Below are positions 25,821 to 41,359 of a DNA stretch of 64,000 nt, in pieces. The translations under genes and the position numbers were made by a program. This stretch comes from Octopus vulgaris. Taxonomy: Eukaryota. The DNA is taken from NCBI GenBank assembly GCA_951406725.2, contig OX597823.1, positions 108,190,001 through 108,254,000 on the forward strand. Direction: 5' to 3'. Positions within the stretch are counted from its first letter, which is position 1, and every line of letters starts with the position of its first letter. Below the pieces are notes generated by a model. That model ran no database searches. It was not told where the DNA came from and saw only the letters and a program-made list of their open reading frames with translations.

Positions 25821-27699
25821 AGAGTCATGATGATTTCTTAAGTTTAATATTTAACATCTAACCTAACATATCTTTTATTATATCGAGAGCTCTTGCTGAT
25901 AGCTGCTAACAGAAGTCTACTTGAATTCTAGTCATCTTTATTTGTATTATATTGTATTACGAGATACCATAGCACAGATGGACCTACCATGGTGAAGTAT
26001 TTGTAACGATATCTAAGGCTTGGATTTTCACATACAGACAGCCACATAGTGTGCAGTCATGTGCCATACTCAGTTATCACTGCAGTTGAAGCATGCCTCA
26101 GTTTTGCATTGATTCACATTCTCTGCTATTCTCGCTTTTCCATCCATCCATCCATCCATCCATCCATCCATCCATCCAACTATCCATACATACATATGTA
26201 CACACATACATATATGTGTGTATGCATATATATATAGGTGTATATATATGTATATATATGTGTGGATGTGTGTAAAAATACATAAACACACACATACAGA
26301 TATATATGCATATATTGGTGCATATTTGTATGTGTATATATATATATATATATACATAAATATATACATATATATATATATACATATACATACATACATA
26401 CATATATATATACATATATATATATATGTATATATATATATATGTATATATGTGTATGTATATATATATATGTATATATATATATACACACACATGTGTG
26501 TGTGTGTTTGCGTATGTGTTTATGTGTGTGTATAAAAATAAGCTTAATTTTATGGAACATTGAATACAAATCGGAAAAAAAAAAATAAGCGGGAGAAAAG
26601 TTATTTCTGAATACAAAATAATAAGCATAATGATTACAATAGCTATGGCTTCATTTCCTGAATGATCATATAGTAAAAAGGATATTTGAGATAAATTGCA
26701 TATAAAAAGTAATAAGGAGAAAGAGAAAGGAGGGTAGAAAGAAGGGTAGTGATAAGGAGAAAGAGAAAGGAGGGTGGAAAGCAAAGCAAAATAGAAAACT
26801 ATATAACAGAAATGAAAGTGAAAGTTGTTCACACTAGAGGATCAGATGAATTTAAAACATTAAGAAAATGCAATTTGTTTAAGCTTTTAGAAAACAGTTG
26901 TTTTGAGAGAAATCAGATAGCTAAGGAGTCATCTTTGTATAATAAAATTGATAAAATATTATTCATGAAGACATCTTGTGAAAAGAGAAATAATTCTCAT
27001 AAACTCATTTCGAGTGTTTCGATTGATGAATGATTTAAAACACTTGGAGGATCTAAAGCCCTAATACAAACAAGAAGACACTAATTTCGAATGGTGATTA
27101 GGTACTTAACTCAATGCCCACAAGCTTGCAAAAGTATTCAGTCAAATGAAATACTTGACTGTACATGTACTTCTAAAGGATTTATTTAGCATGCTAAATT
27201 AAAAACTAATACATCTAGATTATACAACAGAGGGATATTCTGCTATAATCAGCATCGATATAAATTTTGCCATAAAAATATAGGTGCTGAAACTACTCTG
27301 TCTAAAATATATTTAGAATTATAGATGTAATAACCCAAACTATGTTATCAAATGGAGAATATATTTTCCCAAAGCTTATACCTTTCCTAATAAGATGTGT
27401 GTGCTTTGTAATTCTGAATCATATGAAATCATATTCATCATCCCTCCCTTCTTAATCGCCATTCAGAACTAATGTCTCATTGTATGCATAAACGTTTTTA
27501 ATCGTTCAAATGTTTTAAAACTTTTATCAGATCTGACAATTGAAATCAGTCAGTGAGAAGTACTGCATACTGTGCTTTGCATGAGATGTCATATTCATTG
27601 TTAATATTCACCAATAAATACTAATGATCAAAAGAAGACCACACTCTTAACTAGCTGAGGAATTTGAACCCAAATGTTTTTAGATACTCTGCCAGACTT

Positions 27700-27906
27700 G
27701 TCTGTCACCTGTGCAGGTGGTACGTAAAAAGCATCCACTACACTCATGGAGTGGTTGGCGTTAGGAAAGGCATCCAGCCGTAGAAACATTGCCAGATCAG
27801 ACTGGGCCTGGTGCAGCCTTCTGGCTTCCCAGACATCAGTTGCACCATCCAACCCATGCCAGCATGGAAAGCGGACGCTAAACGATGATGATGATGATGA
27901 TGATGA
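27700..27906 (+). mobile_element. Family D 3' part
   Basis: Homologous to 12117-12315. Confidence 0.8.
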
Positions 27907-28488
27907 AATCAATCATTTTTATTTACTTAAATTAGTTTTAAATATACAAATCATGATTCTCTTAATATTTTTATTCTATCCTTGCTGATCGACTTGAGAT
28001 TTACCATTGATAATCTCCCTCCATTTCCCATTCTTCTTTAATTCCTTTACACCATTCTCCCTTCTTTCCTTTGCTACTCTCTCTTTTCCTTTCTCACCTT
28101 TTCTCTTCTTTACACTTATTCTAACAATATGTATGAAATATGTCAAAGCAAAGAATTAAATCCAATAAAACTAAAAATAACTAAAACTATTGACACCTTC
28201 TGTACCTCCCTAACAAAAGAGACACAGCTACATATACACCCCTGCTTACAAAGTTCTATATTCATGAATAAACTTTTTTACTTTAATTTGTTGATGGGTT
28301 ACTCTATATTTTTGTAGAATGCAAATTTATTTTTCGTAAACAAGAATATTATTGACAGTTATTTTGAAGTTTCAGCCAGTTAAGCCAGTGGGTTTGAGTG
28401 GAGTGGTAATTAGGTTGTAGGGTGGATTGTTATGGAGAGGTGTTCTGAAGAAATTTTTATAGATTAAATTTGGGATAATTTTACCACA

Positions 28489-30012
28489 GTTTGTGAAAAC
28501 CTACTCTTTATGAAAACTGTACTGAAAAACATGGGAGTGACGATCTACAATGAAGTCATGGATTATCTTACTAAAAAATGGCATTAATCCCCTCAACCTC
28601 ATATCAATATGCACTGACGGAGCACCGTCTATGATTGGCAAATTCCAGGGTTTTGTTGCCAGATGGATAGAATTTAATCCCATCTTCACAATTCATTGCG
28701 TTCTCCATCGAGAAAACCTGATAGCAAAAAGAACTGGAAATAATATATTTTCTGAAACCCTAGACTTAATTGCTTTTGCAGTAAGAAAAATCAAAAGATC
28801 TGCTCATCAAGAAGCTTGTAAAGATGAAACGTTCGACATTCTGTTGTATTCGACAGATATACGCTGGCTATCAATCGGAAATTGTCTCGGACGTTTTGTG
28901 GCACTTTTCGATAAAGTCATAGAGTTCCTTCAACAGACTGATCCAACTATGACAGCTTCACTTTCTCAGAAAAAACCTGAGTTTTTTATTTACATGAAAT
29001 CTTTCAAAAACTTAATGATCTCAATATTTCTTTACAAAAGCAAAACATCAACATTGTATGAGCCAGGCACTTGATAAGGGCATTTGTGAATAAACTTGTT
29101 CTTTGGAAACTTCAAATTGAAGATCATAACTTTCTGCAGTTCGCAAACTTAAAAAACGTTGTGGTAGATAATGGCTTACACAAATATATAATCAGGCATC
29201 AATCTTTCCTTCGTGAAAACTTCAATATACGTTTTGAAGATCTTTTGGCTTAAAATATCCCAATTTTTGTGGACTCTCTTCACACAATGTCTATGAACGA
29301 TATACTTGTTCAACCAGAATGCTATGTGAGGTGACAGTAGATGATAATCTGCGTAAATTGTCTGAAAACAACTGGGTTGAGGCTTGGTTCAATCATTTAC
29401 ATGAATATCAAAAGCTGTTTGAACATGTTGAGCCTTTTATTATAAATCTCAATAACAATGCAGATTTGAGAATTTGCTTGAGCCAAAAAGAGCCAAGGAT
29501 TTCACAGCTTGTGGATAAAAAGCAAGCCCAAGGATATCGCTGAAGGTTTCTTGATGTTTTACCGACGACTTGTCACTGACATTTTTAAGTTAATTCAATT
29601 TGTTATATTCCCTCAAACATTTACATGACCTTTTGTACTGATCCCAACTTCGCTCCTCACATTTTTTTAATTTACCCATCACATTGTTATATTTTAACCC
29701 TACAGCTTTTTTTTCTGAATAAAAAGGGGGTGTTTTCCATGACTCAGTAACCTTTTCTATTCAATTCTATCAAATAAACTTTTCTTGAGAATCATGTGTA
29801 TTTGCAAACTGGGTTTGTTATTGGTGTTCCCAGTTATTTGTTCTCTGTGATGTCCCTTACAAGAACGAAAAAGAAACTTTCATTGCAAAGTGAAAATAAT
29901 ACTAATATTTATGATAGCAGTTCTTTTATAATAAATTTAAAATTTCAGGTGGTCCACAGGAAAAAATTACTTGTTTTGGTGGTCCACAGTTAAAAAAGGT
30001 TGGGAACCCTTG
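28489..30012 (+). mobile_element. 5'-truncated hAT (Charlie/Buster-type) DNA transposon with frameshifted transposase
   Basis: Motifs ISICTDGAPSMIG, HCVLHRENL, RWLSIGNCLGRF and RFEDL. Right TIR AAAAAGGTTGGGAACCCTTG is followed by TTCTAAAG, which fits the Charlie NTCTAGAN target. Subterminal GGTGGTCCACAG occurs twice. Confidence 0.9.
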
Positions 30013-31039
30013 TTCTAAAGTATAGAGCAGTAATGTATTTATATTCAGTTGAGTATGTGTCTGGTGATAGCTTTGAAGATGACTCGTCAGAATCTAATGG
30101 CAGAGGGTATATAACCTCTCTTCAATTTGGAGGTAGAAAACTGTAATGGTCAGTTAATTTGGAAAGAAAAAATAATATACGCTGTTTGAGCTTTAAACAG
30201 GATGTTATTTCCCTTAGACTGATCCAGATGGAAAATCTTATGGACCTAAAGGGAAAACTGAGAATCTCTGCCTTTAGGCTGTTTCTGGTCTGCAAGAACT
30301 TTCTCCCCTCTAATTGATGAATGGGGAAACCCATGCCTGCAGTAGATAGCATTTGAAATGGGGGTAAGAGCTATAGATCTCATATCTTGAGTTTAAGAGA
30401 GATTTGGGTTCAGTGAATCTTTTAGGATCCTTGCCCACTCTGCTATGCAAAACTTGCCTTATCTGCTCCTGTTTATATAGAAAACTAGCTGCTCTGTGAT
30501 CTTCCATTTAATTTCATATGTGATTCCTTTATCCCTAAGGTGCCACACTTGACTGACCAGGGACATGACATAACATCTTTCTGGAACCCTAAAAGAGGAC
30601 CTGTGGTTGTACAGGCGCTACTTAAAGGCAGTTCTAGCCCACCTGATATATCTCTGAACTTGAGTGCTGGTTGTGTTCATGCCTCTGGTGTATCTTCTGT
30701 TGGCTCTGTGCTTGGAATTGTTGCTGCTGCTGTTGTTGGAGCTGCCATTGGTGCTGCTAACATGGAACATGGGTCTGGTGATATTCCTGTAGTCATCCAC
30801 AGCCATAGTGATGGTGTTGCTGCTGCTGCTGCTGATGTTGTGGCTTCTGTCGCTGCTAATACTGGGTGTGGGATTGGTAGCTGCAGTCGTTGCTGTCAGT
30901 GCTGGTCAGCCACTCAATGTGTTGCTACCATTGTTGTCATTGTCATCAACGTTGAATAAGCAGCTGTTGCTTTTACTCAGGTTGCTAGGGCTGGCGGGGT
31001 GAGGGTGGGGGCTGTGAGGGTATCCAGCCCTAACAACCA

Positions 31040-31540
31040 GAGTAAATTCTCATAACAAAGTTAAGGTATGTGAAGTTGTGGACTACATCCAGTTCACAGT
31101 TGTTGATGGTAATTACAGAGATCTCAACTCAGATGGTTGAAGGCCTTCTTAAAATCAATGTAAATGATGCACAGTGATTAATTTTACTTTCTGCCTTTTT
31201 CTTTTGATTTAATTGCCAAAGGGAGAAAACCTATCAGTTGTGGAGCATTCTCACCTGACGCCATACTGAAACTTAAGTGGGAGTTGTACTTTTTCAGGAA
31301 TTTCATTAGCATTTCGGACCCTGTAATTGAAAATCTTCTCAGCAAAGAAGCTGGCATTGCTACTGTCGCTTCTATTCCATTTACCTTTTTAGATGGTACC
31401 AATATTGCAGTCTCTCATATCTTCTTTTTCTACTCTTTTACAGTACTGAAGCAGTTGTTTGTGTAGGTTTTGCATCAGGATGCCTTTCGCATACATGATG
31501 CCATTTGGTGGGATGCTATGAAAGCCCTTGCTAGTGGGGG
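31040..31540 (-). mobile_element. Decayed RTE-clade LINE RT fragment
   Basis: SIPP...LH..L.QYC...EDMRDCNIGTI*KGK.NRSD and IIYIDFKKAF on the minus strand. Confidence 0.75.
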
Positions 31541-31565
31541 AAAAAAAACAATTAATAGCTTTACT

Positions 31566-31618
<53 letters not shown>

Positions 31619-33439
31619 TGTGAGTATGTGCATGTGTGTCTATATACACAATGGACTTCTTTCAGTTTCCATCTATTAAATCCACTCACATGTCTTTTGT
31701 CTGCTCGGAGCTGTAGTAGAAGACACTTGCCCAACATGCCAGAATCAAGTAATTTGGAAGCAAACGTTTTAACCACACAGCTACACCTATCTTCCAAATT
31801 GGGAGTGGGATATCCTTCTTATTCATATGTGAAGAAAATTGATTTTGTTAGTTTTGTGTATCATAATGCGCCAATGGAAAAGTTGGTATTAACGTATTTT
31901 TCACAGGAAGCATTAAAAAGCTAATTAGAAATAATTATAAAGATAATATTAGTCTATGACTAATGTTATTTTAACTTTCAATTTTTCTTATTCCACTGTG
32001 GTTAATTGTTTTGAAAATAATGTGTCAAGCAAAGTTACGTTTTTGGCCAAGTACATAATACAAAAACTGTGGTTTTAAGGTGGTAAGATACTAATTGTAA
32101 ACTCTAACCTGTTTAACATCAATGCTATTGTACCTCTGATCAAATTAATTCTTAAACAAAACCTGAAATTTGAGTAAAGACTATTTTGTTAAGAATTTCA
32201 GAAGTAATGAGAAAGCCACAAGTTTTGTTTAATGAATTGCAATAATGATATAAAAAATATATAAAGAGGTTATAACTGTAATTAATTGATATTAAAATAG
32301 TGTTAGCATATTTAATTCTAAGTGCTTTAATAAACTGACTAGAATTAATTATGCTGTAGAAAATCTTTTAGTTAATGGCTTACATTATTTTAATTGTTCC
32401 TGCAAATATGAAAAATATTATCTTAATGATAAGGTCATTATAGGTCATAAACATGTCTATCATGTTTCTGGCCTATTATGACCTCCTCAGGGAAATAAAG
32501 TTGTAAAATGTACAAATTATAAAATTGCTGTTGTAGATGATCAAAATTATTCCAAGAATAAATTATTTTGAGTAATTTTTTTTTGAACTATTTCATATTT
32601 AATCAATTTATGTTATAATCAACTCAGCTAAAAACATGTTCCAGAAACAACTGGAGGTTAATCCGGCACTGGACTGGGTTCCCATTCAAGGAAGAGTATT
32701 GCGTTTTCTGTTGTTTATATACTATGGAAACAAGGACAATTTGTGGTGCACTAAGCCAGTGACAGACCTAAGACCTAAGATTTGATCAATCTTAGAAAGG
32801 CAAAATCAAAATAAAATTTGCTAGGATTAAAATTTTTTGTTCGTGCTGGAAGAATGAAATGTAAAGTAGACTACAATGAGATTTGAACCCAGTAAATGAA
32901 GGGTTGTAACTAAATACTTCAAGACACTTTTCTCCCCCAGATCTCTAAAAGAAACATAAAAATACAGGTTTAGAGGACAGAAACAGTGAGTTGAATTGAT
33001 TTCATTATTTAATTGATACAGACTGTATTGGCTTTCCTGTTCCTTGGAAGAATGGTAGGCAAAGTCTACCTTGGTCAGATTTAAGTTGAACATATAAAGA
33101 AAGGGCTCAACTAAGTATTACAAAGAATTATGTCCAATGTTTTACCATGTCATCCAAGATTTTTGTCCTAAGCTCTACCAATTTAAGCAAAAAGCTTGTC
33201 CTTTAAGGAACTAAATATTATTAGCTAACAAAGGGGCTGCCATCTTATTGCTTGATTTGCTGGAAATAGTAGCCAAACTTATCTTTACAGATTAAAAAAA
33301 ATAAATGAAGAACAAATTGGGTAATGTGGTGCCAAGTGTACAAAAGCAAGGGAGGATCATGGCTGCCTTTGATCACAGATCCATACAATCAGGGGTGACC
33401 TAGGGGTAAAGAACAACAGAAACAACAAGAACAACAATG

Positions 33440-33559
33440 CTAGATAATAATGATAACAACAATAACAGTAATAATAGTGATAATAATAATAATAACAACA
33501 ACAACAACAATAATAATAATAATAATAATAATACTATTAATAATAATAATAATAATACT

Positions 33560-33605
<46 letters not shown>
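33440..33605. repeat. (AAT)n microsatellite
   Basis: Direct inspection. Confidence 0.95.
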
Positions 33606-34049
33606 TTGGGATTTACCAATACACACAGATAGAGAAATTAAGGCCAACAGGCCAGATATAGTTGTCAAAGATCATGAAGAAAAAATGCTTTTTTACTGAT
33701 GTATCAATACTAGCAGATGACAACGCTTCTCTAAAAAAAATGGAGAAACTTTCAAAATACAAAGGTAACTCGAATGTGGAATCTAAAAATAGAAATAATT
33801 CCTATCATAGTGGGCGCATTAGGTATGATAAAAAATATTCAGACAAATACATAACAAAAACACTAGGACTTACAAATATATATAACATACAGAAAATTGC
33901 ACTACTTGGCACTGCACACATCCTATGCAAAACACTTTCAATACAGTAACCATCAGGGAGCATCACAGCAAACCACAGCACATACCCAAGGCACACAGAG
34001 CTGTGCTCGGTAGTGAAGTGAAAGCATGTTATAAAAATAAAACTATTGA
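33604..34049 (+). mobile_element. 5'-truncated R4/Dong-like non-LTR retrotransposon (restriction-like endonuclease end plus 3' UTR) in (TAA)n
   Basis: Across frames: WDLPIHTDREIKANRPDIVVKD...DVS....K.EKLSKYK...IPIIVGALG...IQKIALLGTAHIL. AAT repeats on both sides. Confidence 0.85.
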
Positions 34050-34099
34050 ATAATAATAATAGTAATAATAATAATAATGATGATGATGATGATGATAAT

Positions 34100-34314
34100 A
34101 GGGAAAGATCAAGGCTAATCAACCAGATATTATTGCCAAGGACCAACGAGTGGAAAATATGCCTTCTAGTTGACATATCAGTCCCAACAGTGTATCTCTG
34201 AAAGAAATAGAGAAACTCTTGAAATACAAAGATCTAAAAATAGAGATAACCTGAATGTGGAACCTGAAGACAGAAGCAATCCCTATAATAATAGGCACTT
34301 CAGGTATGGTCTTA

Positions 34315-34371
<57 letters not shown>

Positions 34372-34375
34372 ACAT

Positions 34376-34431
<56 letters not shown>

Positions 34432-34830
34432 ACATATATATATATATATGTATACATATATATATTTATATAAATAAGGATAAGATCGATATTTAGATAT
34501 CGATCTTATCAAGTGGCCAGCATGGGAATAAAAACTTTACCAAGGTAATAATTATTTAAAATTATAATTTAGGGTATCTGAGAGATACCATCATGCTGAA
34601 ATAGCAGTCAAAACCTAACTCTAAAGCCATAAAACAGGTCTTATGAATATATATATATATAATGTACAGAAAATATCACTGCTAGCTACTACACACATTC
34701 AATGAAGAGCATTCTGAATAACAGTAAAAATAATAACAGCAAAAGAATCCACAGCTTTTACTCAAGGCACACAGAACTGGGGTTGGTAGCGCCTTGAAAG
34801 CACGCAATAATTTTATAAGACTACTGAACA
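34100..34830 (+). mobile_element. Second, diverged R4-like RLE 3' end, split by microsatellite and other DNA (~34313-34655)
   Basis: [12 protein letters not shown]...VDISVP...[13 protein letters not shown]...PIIIG, later NVQKISLLATTHI and a homologous CAAGGCACACAGA 3' UTR. Confidence 0.75.
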
Positions 34831-35328
34831 ACAACAACAATAACAACAAAAATGTTAATATTCAAAAAGAAAGTTAACTAATTATACAGCATTTTTTATA
34901 AATCTTTTATTAAAATCCTGATGACAATTAGTATTGCATCTAACATCTGGCAGAAAACTTTGGATAAAGTTTCTCTAACTGAGAATGGTTCTTAAGTATT
35001 GCAGCTGCTGATTAGTTGCATGGAAATTGATGGTATTACAGTTCAGAATAATGAAAGACAATTATGCAAATAAATAAATGAATAAATAAATAATGGAAAT
35101 TTTCGGTAGCAAATACGCAAAGAGATGCCAGATGCATGCACAACAGATTTGTTTTGTCTCTCCCGGACTGTTCTTTCAGCTTTATTATTACGGAGGTGTC
35201 AGATATTTCACATGTAAAACAATAATACAAATATTTAGAAAGAAAGAAAAAAAGAGTACAAGAATGACAACAACAACATCATCTCGCCACTGGATGATTG
35301 AACGATAATGATTAAGACTAAAGAAATG

Positions 35329-36340
<1,012 letters not shown>

Positions 36341-37462
36341 AAACTGGGACATAAACTGTATGAAACTAAGCAAAGTGCTCTCTTATACAAACTCATGGAA
36401 TATTCTCAGAGTCTGCCACTACAACCAATTCCAGTTTATGTTCCTGCACCCCCACCCACCACAGTGTCAGCTGCAGTCTCCATATTGAAAATTCTTGCCC
36501 CAAACCCATCTCCACATTACCATGACCCCCCCCACCGCCCCGTCACACTAATGTGTTACTTCATAACCAGACACTCACCATCTTAGGTTCTATTATATTA
36601 ATACTAGCACCACCACCACCATCACCACCACCATCACCACCACTACCACTGTCATCATCATGATCATCATCACCACCACCATCACCATCATCATCATCGT
36701 TGTCGTCGTCGTCGTCGTCACTGTCATCATCGTCATCACATTCGTCCATCTACCACTACTGCTACCACCACCACCACCACCATCACCATCGCCATCACCA
36801 CTTCCACCACCACCACCACCTCCACATTCTCCCAACACCAGTTTACTCCTTGTCTTTCATTTCAGCTACATCACCCCCACATTCCAATCGCTCCTCTTTC
36901 ACGGACATCACTCAACCCCCACCACCTTAGATTACCACCATCCTCCTCCTGTTATCCCCCATAACAACTGCTGCCACCATCCTTGTTGCTCTCATTTCAG
37001 CCAGGATCTCCTTGCCCCCAACGAATTCACAGCAGAATTCTCATCACATAACCGTAAATGGCCATCACATCTAACTGCAAGTTCAATAAAACATCAATTA
37101 TATTGAATACAACATGAGCTGCTATGCAGTATTTTGCCATATTAGAAACAGTAGCCACTTTCCCTCAAATCGTACACAACTGTCACAAAACAGGAAAGTC
37201 ACATTGTACCATGAAGTCCTAGAAGTAGAAAAAAGGTGGTAAAATTAAGGTATGATATACAGAAACAGCAGATATACAGAAATAGATAAAACAGAGGCCT
37301 TAGTTGCAACACCTTTCATTCGTAGCTTTGCTTGATGAGGGCTTACCTACTCTTAAACAACAACAAATTGTAACTGTAGGTTTGCAATGGCAAATTCTTG
37401 CGCTAAAACTAGAACAATGTTTAACCTGACTCACAAAGACAACTGGATTAACTGCTTACCAT

Positions 37463-37691
37463 TTAACCCTTTCCTTACTCTATTTATTTCGGGATGCTCT
37501 GTCTTTCTTTCAATTACTTTAAAATATAACAAAGAATTTAGTAAAATAACTTAGTTACCATTCAGCTAGTGTTAGGAACATAAATTGTGACTAAAGTTTG
37601 GTGGAAGATTTCATTTCAAGACTTACGAAAACAAGACATTTGTACTCAGAGCCAGAGCCGGTTTCAGCTGGGTTGGTAACAAAAGGGTTAA
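37463..37691. mobile_element. piggyBac-like MITE (family M2)
   Basis: TTAA-CCCTTTCCTTAC ... GTAACAAAAGGG-TTAA. Reverse homolog of 51746-51973. Confidence 0.85.
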
Positions 37692-39399
37692 GCCTTAAAC
37701 TGGGACCTGAAATCTAGCTGACTGACTGTCTTTTGGTCCATTATTCAACTAAATATCTGTAAAATATCAACTCTAATGTTTTTTTTCTTTTAATTTGACT
37801 TTATTGGTATCAGAATTAAGTCAATTTCAGCTGGTTTTCCAAACATCCAAAACTAACAGCAAATCTCCCTCACAGTACACTGTAACATTTTTAAAAAATG
37901 GAAAAAATATATAATATAATGTATTAGGGATAGATATGGAACACGTTTGGTCATAGGTGTAACTGGTCAGGTGTGACTTGTGGTTAAGCAGCATGTCCTC
38001 ACATCACTCTTGCGACTATCACAATAATTTCTTTCATATCCAGAATACTTATCAGGAATATTGGATCATTGATGCCAACATTTGACTGGTGCTTTATTTT
38101 ATTCATTTTATTGACCAGGCAAGATATGAGAGGAGCAAAGTTGATCTCAATGAGATTTGATCTCAGTAGGTAAAAGTTACTGTAAAATGCATGCATTTTC
38201 TCTGTTGCTCCTTTAATTCTGATAGTAACAAATATCTATGCTATAATAATGGAGGATGCTTAATAGTTAGCAAGGAGTAGGTAACAGTTACAAAAAAAAA
38301 AAACGCTATCATTAAAGTCTACACTGACTAGAAAATTCATATAAATTCCAGTTGTAATATATATTTTTTATCAAAATGCCGTTTTGATTTACTTTCATTA
38401 TTGAAGATTTTTAACTTCAGGATTTAATCACTAAAACTTAATTTTTATTCACAACAGTTACTTTCCACTATAGGAAGGTGTTTTAATGTCTCCATTTAAC
38501 TTCAGCATAAATAAAGAAGTCCCCCTCACTTTATTTTCTCATGTCTTTCTGAAAAATGAATTTCTTAAATGAAATTTTCTAACATAAGTTTCAGATGATG
38601 CAGATTATAGAGAAATTTGTGGTGAAAGCCTTTTTTAAAAGAGAAGGAAGGGAGTTTTGGATAATTCAAAAATATTGAATTTGTTTCCTCATAGGTTTTA
38701 GAGGAATCGCTAGTTTCTAATCAAATTTTCTACAAATGTCTTTAAGATATTGTAGATTACGATAATCTTGGAATTAAACATGAGAAAATAAGGAAGGATG
38801 GGTATTTTACACATCTCGACTTTGCTTCATCATATGTTTCAATGATGTAGATTATAATTATGTTGAAAATCAAAAAGACTTTTGAGGTCTACTCCATCCA
38901 TTTTCAAAACTTCACTGAAAGGAATCTTTATAGAAAATTGAATACAATGCTAACACAAAATATTATATACATATTCCTTTCATTATTTTATTGTAATCTT
39001 AATCTCTCTTACACAAGCTCAAAGGTATCCTACATACATACATACATACATACAGGTAAGTATGTATGTATGTATACATACATGTATGTATGTATACATA
39101 CATGTGTGTATATATATATGTCTTTATGTATGTATATATGTATGTGTGTATTTATACAATGTATATACATATGCATGCATACATATTTATATATATTTAT
39201 TTGTGTGAATGTATGTATTCCTGTATGCATGCATTTATGAATGTATGGAGACAACTCCTGGTTCAGATGACATGCTTTTTCTTGGGTGTCATTTGCATCA
39301 CTTTAAATCTTTTTTGGGGCATTAACCACATTAATATCAACTGTCTAGGAGAAGGTGAATCTTAAAATGACTGCAGACACATTTTCACCTTCCTTGACT

Positions 39400-39735
39400 C
39401 ATCATCATCATTATCGTTTAACATCCACTTTCCATGCTAGTATGGGTTGAACGTATGACTGAGGGCTGGCGAACCAGATGGCTGCACCAGTCTTCAATCT
39501 TGATCTGGCAGAGTTTCTACAGCTGGATGCCCTTCCTAACACCAATCACTCCGAGAGTGTAGTGGGTGCTTTTACGTGCCACCAGCATGGGGCCAGTCTG
39601 GCGGCACTGGCAATGACCTCGCTCGAATCTTTTACACATGCCACCGGCACAGGTGCATGTAAGGCGATGCTGGTAACAATCACGCTTGAATGGTGCCCTT
39701 TTACATGCCACTGGCACGGAGGTCAGATAGCTGCT
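39400..39735 (-). mobile_element. Family D element
   Basis: (CAT)n tail, GCTGGATGCCCTTCCTAA and GGTGCTTTTAC subrepeats. Confidence 0.8.
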
Positions 39736-41012
39736 CTAAAAAAGAACAAAGAAAAAAACCCAGGCTACTGTACACCTCAATCCTTTTTGCTTGATTCTGA
39801 TATAGACTTGATTAAAATATTTAAATGTCTAAGATGAGTTGTTTGGTCATCCAGGGAAAAGACAAGACAAAACTACTTTTCACATTCAGTGGGGTCTGTT
39901 TTTCTGTCATGTTGTAAGGGATATAGATGGAGGAAGCTTTACTGAAAGAGATGGAAGAAAGTATTATAGAGATTAGTATGTTTAGATAGATAGATAACAG
40001 TATTGGTAGTTGACAAAATGCGTGTGTGTGTGTGTGTGTGTGAAGGCTTGAAAAGAATAGTCTTTAGTCACCCAGAAAAAATACTGGCAAAACAGGTATA
40101 TAGGCAAATGGATAGGGAAATATGAGGATAGCAAAATGAATGAAGTGGAAGAGACCGTCTCTTGCAGAGAAGGGATTTAGAGAGGTGATGTGTTAGGGCA
40201 ACACAAACATTCAAAGTGCATAAGTGAAAAAGAGAATGAGGGAGAGATTGAGGGAGAGAGAGAGAGATAGAAAAAATTGTGTATGATATTGAAGTGTGTG
40301 TCTGAAGGGAACGTGTTAGAAAATGATGAGAAGAGTTGGAGGTAAATTTTGAGTGAAAGGAAAAAGTAGATGGAATAATATATGAAGTAGATAAAGAGGA
40401 AGAAATAAAAATGAGATGAGGAAGTGAGTATGGATCATGAAGGAGGGTGGAATAGTGAGAGTTTAAGAGTAAGGGCATGAAGGTCTTTTCAAATATACAA
40501 CAGGTAATTTGGCAATCAAACAAAGAAATTCTTAGTCACAAAGAAGCAGCTCAACTTTGAAGGAAGATTATCAGAAGTCGATGGACAACGTGAATTGGAT
40601 AGAAAAAATGCTATAAGATTGCAAGTAATACAAACAGGGAAAGAAGCAAAGAGTGAGGTAAAAAGAACATGGATAACTGAAAGAAAACAAAACAAAAGAT
40701 AGGAAGAAAATGGAGCAAAGTTTGAATCAGTAATGTTAGCAATTAGTAAAAGAAAATAGAAATAAACCCCATCATTTTTAATAAGCATTACACAAATGAA
40801 GTTTTGAAAGAAATTAACTACTATCTTTATATTTAGAGCATTTATATATAAACACCCTAGTTATAGAATGGTTATGTACAAAAACGAAATGTATCTTCAC
40901 TTGGTTGACTCTAAATCATAATTCTCTACTTCAAGGCAATGCACTTTCTTTTGCAATGCTTTCAAAGACAGGATAATGAGGTAACCTCATGTGGTCCCTT
41001 GAGCTGCTAGAA

Positions 41013-41359
41013 TGTTATAAGGCTGCAAGCTGGCTGAAACGTTAGCATGCCGTTACGTTCTGAGTTCAAATTCCACCGAGGTCGACGTTGCCTTTCATCC
41101 TTTTGGGGTCGATAAATTAAGTACCAGTTACACACTGGGGTCGATGTTATCGACTTAATCCGTTTGTCTGTCCTTGTTTGTCCCCTCTATGTTTAGCCCC
41201 TTGTGGGCAATAAAGAAATAAGAATGTTATATCGCAATACTGTTATGTTGCACATTCGGATGACTGCCGCTCAACTCAACTCCTCGACGTCTAGACTTCT
41301 CCCTCTATATCTACGTATTGGGCAAGCCTACTTCATCGTCTGGGGGCGTCCACACAACA
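41013..41359. mobile_element. Short solo LTR (~135 bp body at 41225-41359) interrupted by a SINE
   Basis: TGTT...AACA termini, with 5-bp TSD TAGAA at 41008-41012 and 41360-41364. Confidence 0.65.
41021..41220 (+). mobile_element. SINE family B with 11-bp TSD
   Basis: AGAATGTTATA at 41009-41019 and 41221-41231. Confidence 0.9.

Noticed and set aside
28550-29543. Domesticated ZBED/SCAND-like host gene
   Set aside because: Frameshifts, stops and an intact right TIR indicate a transposon fossil.
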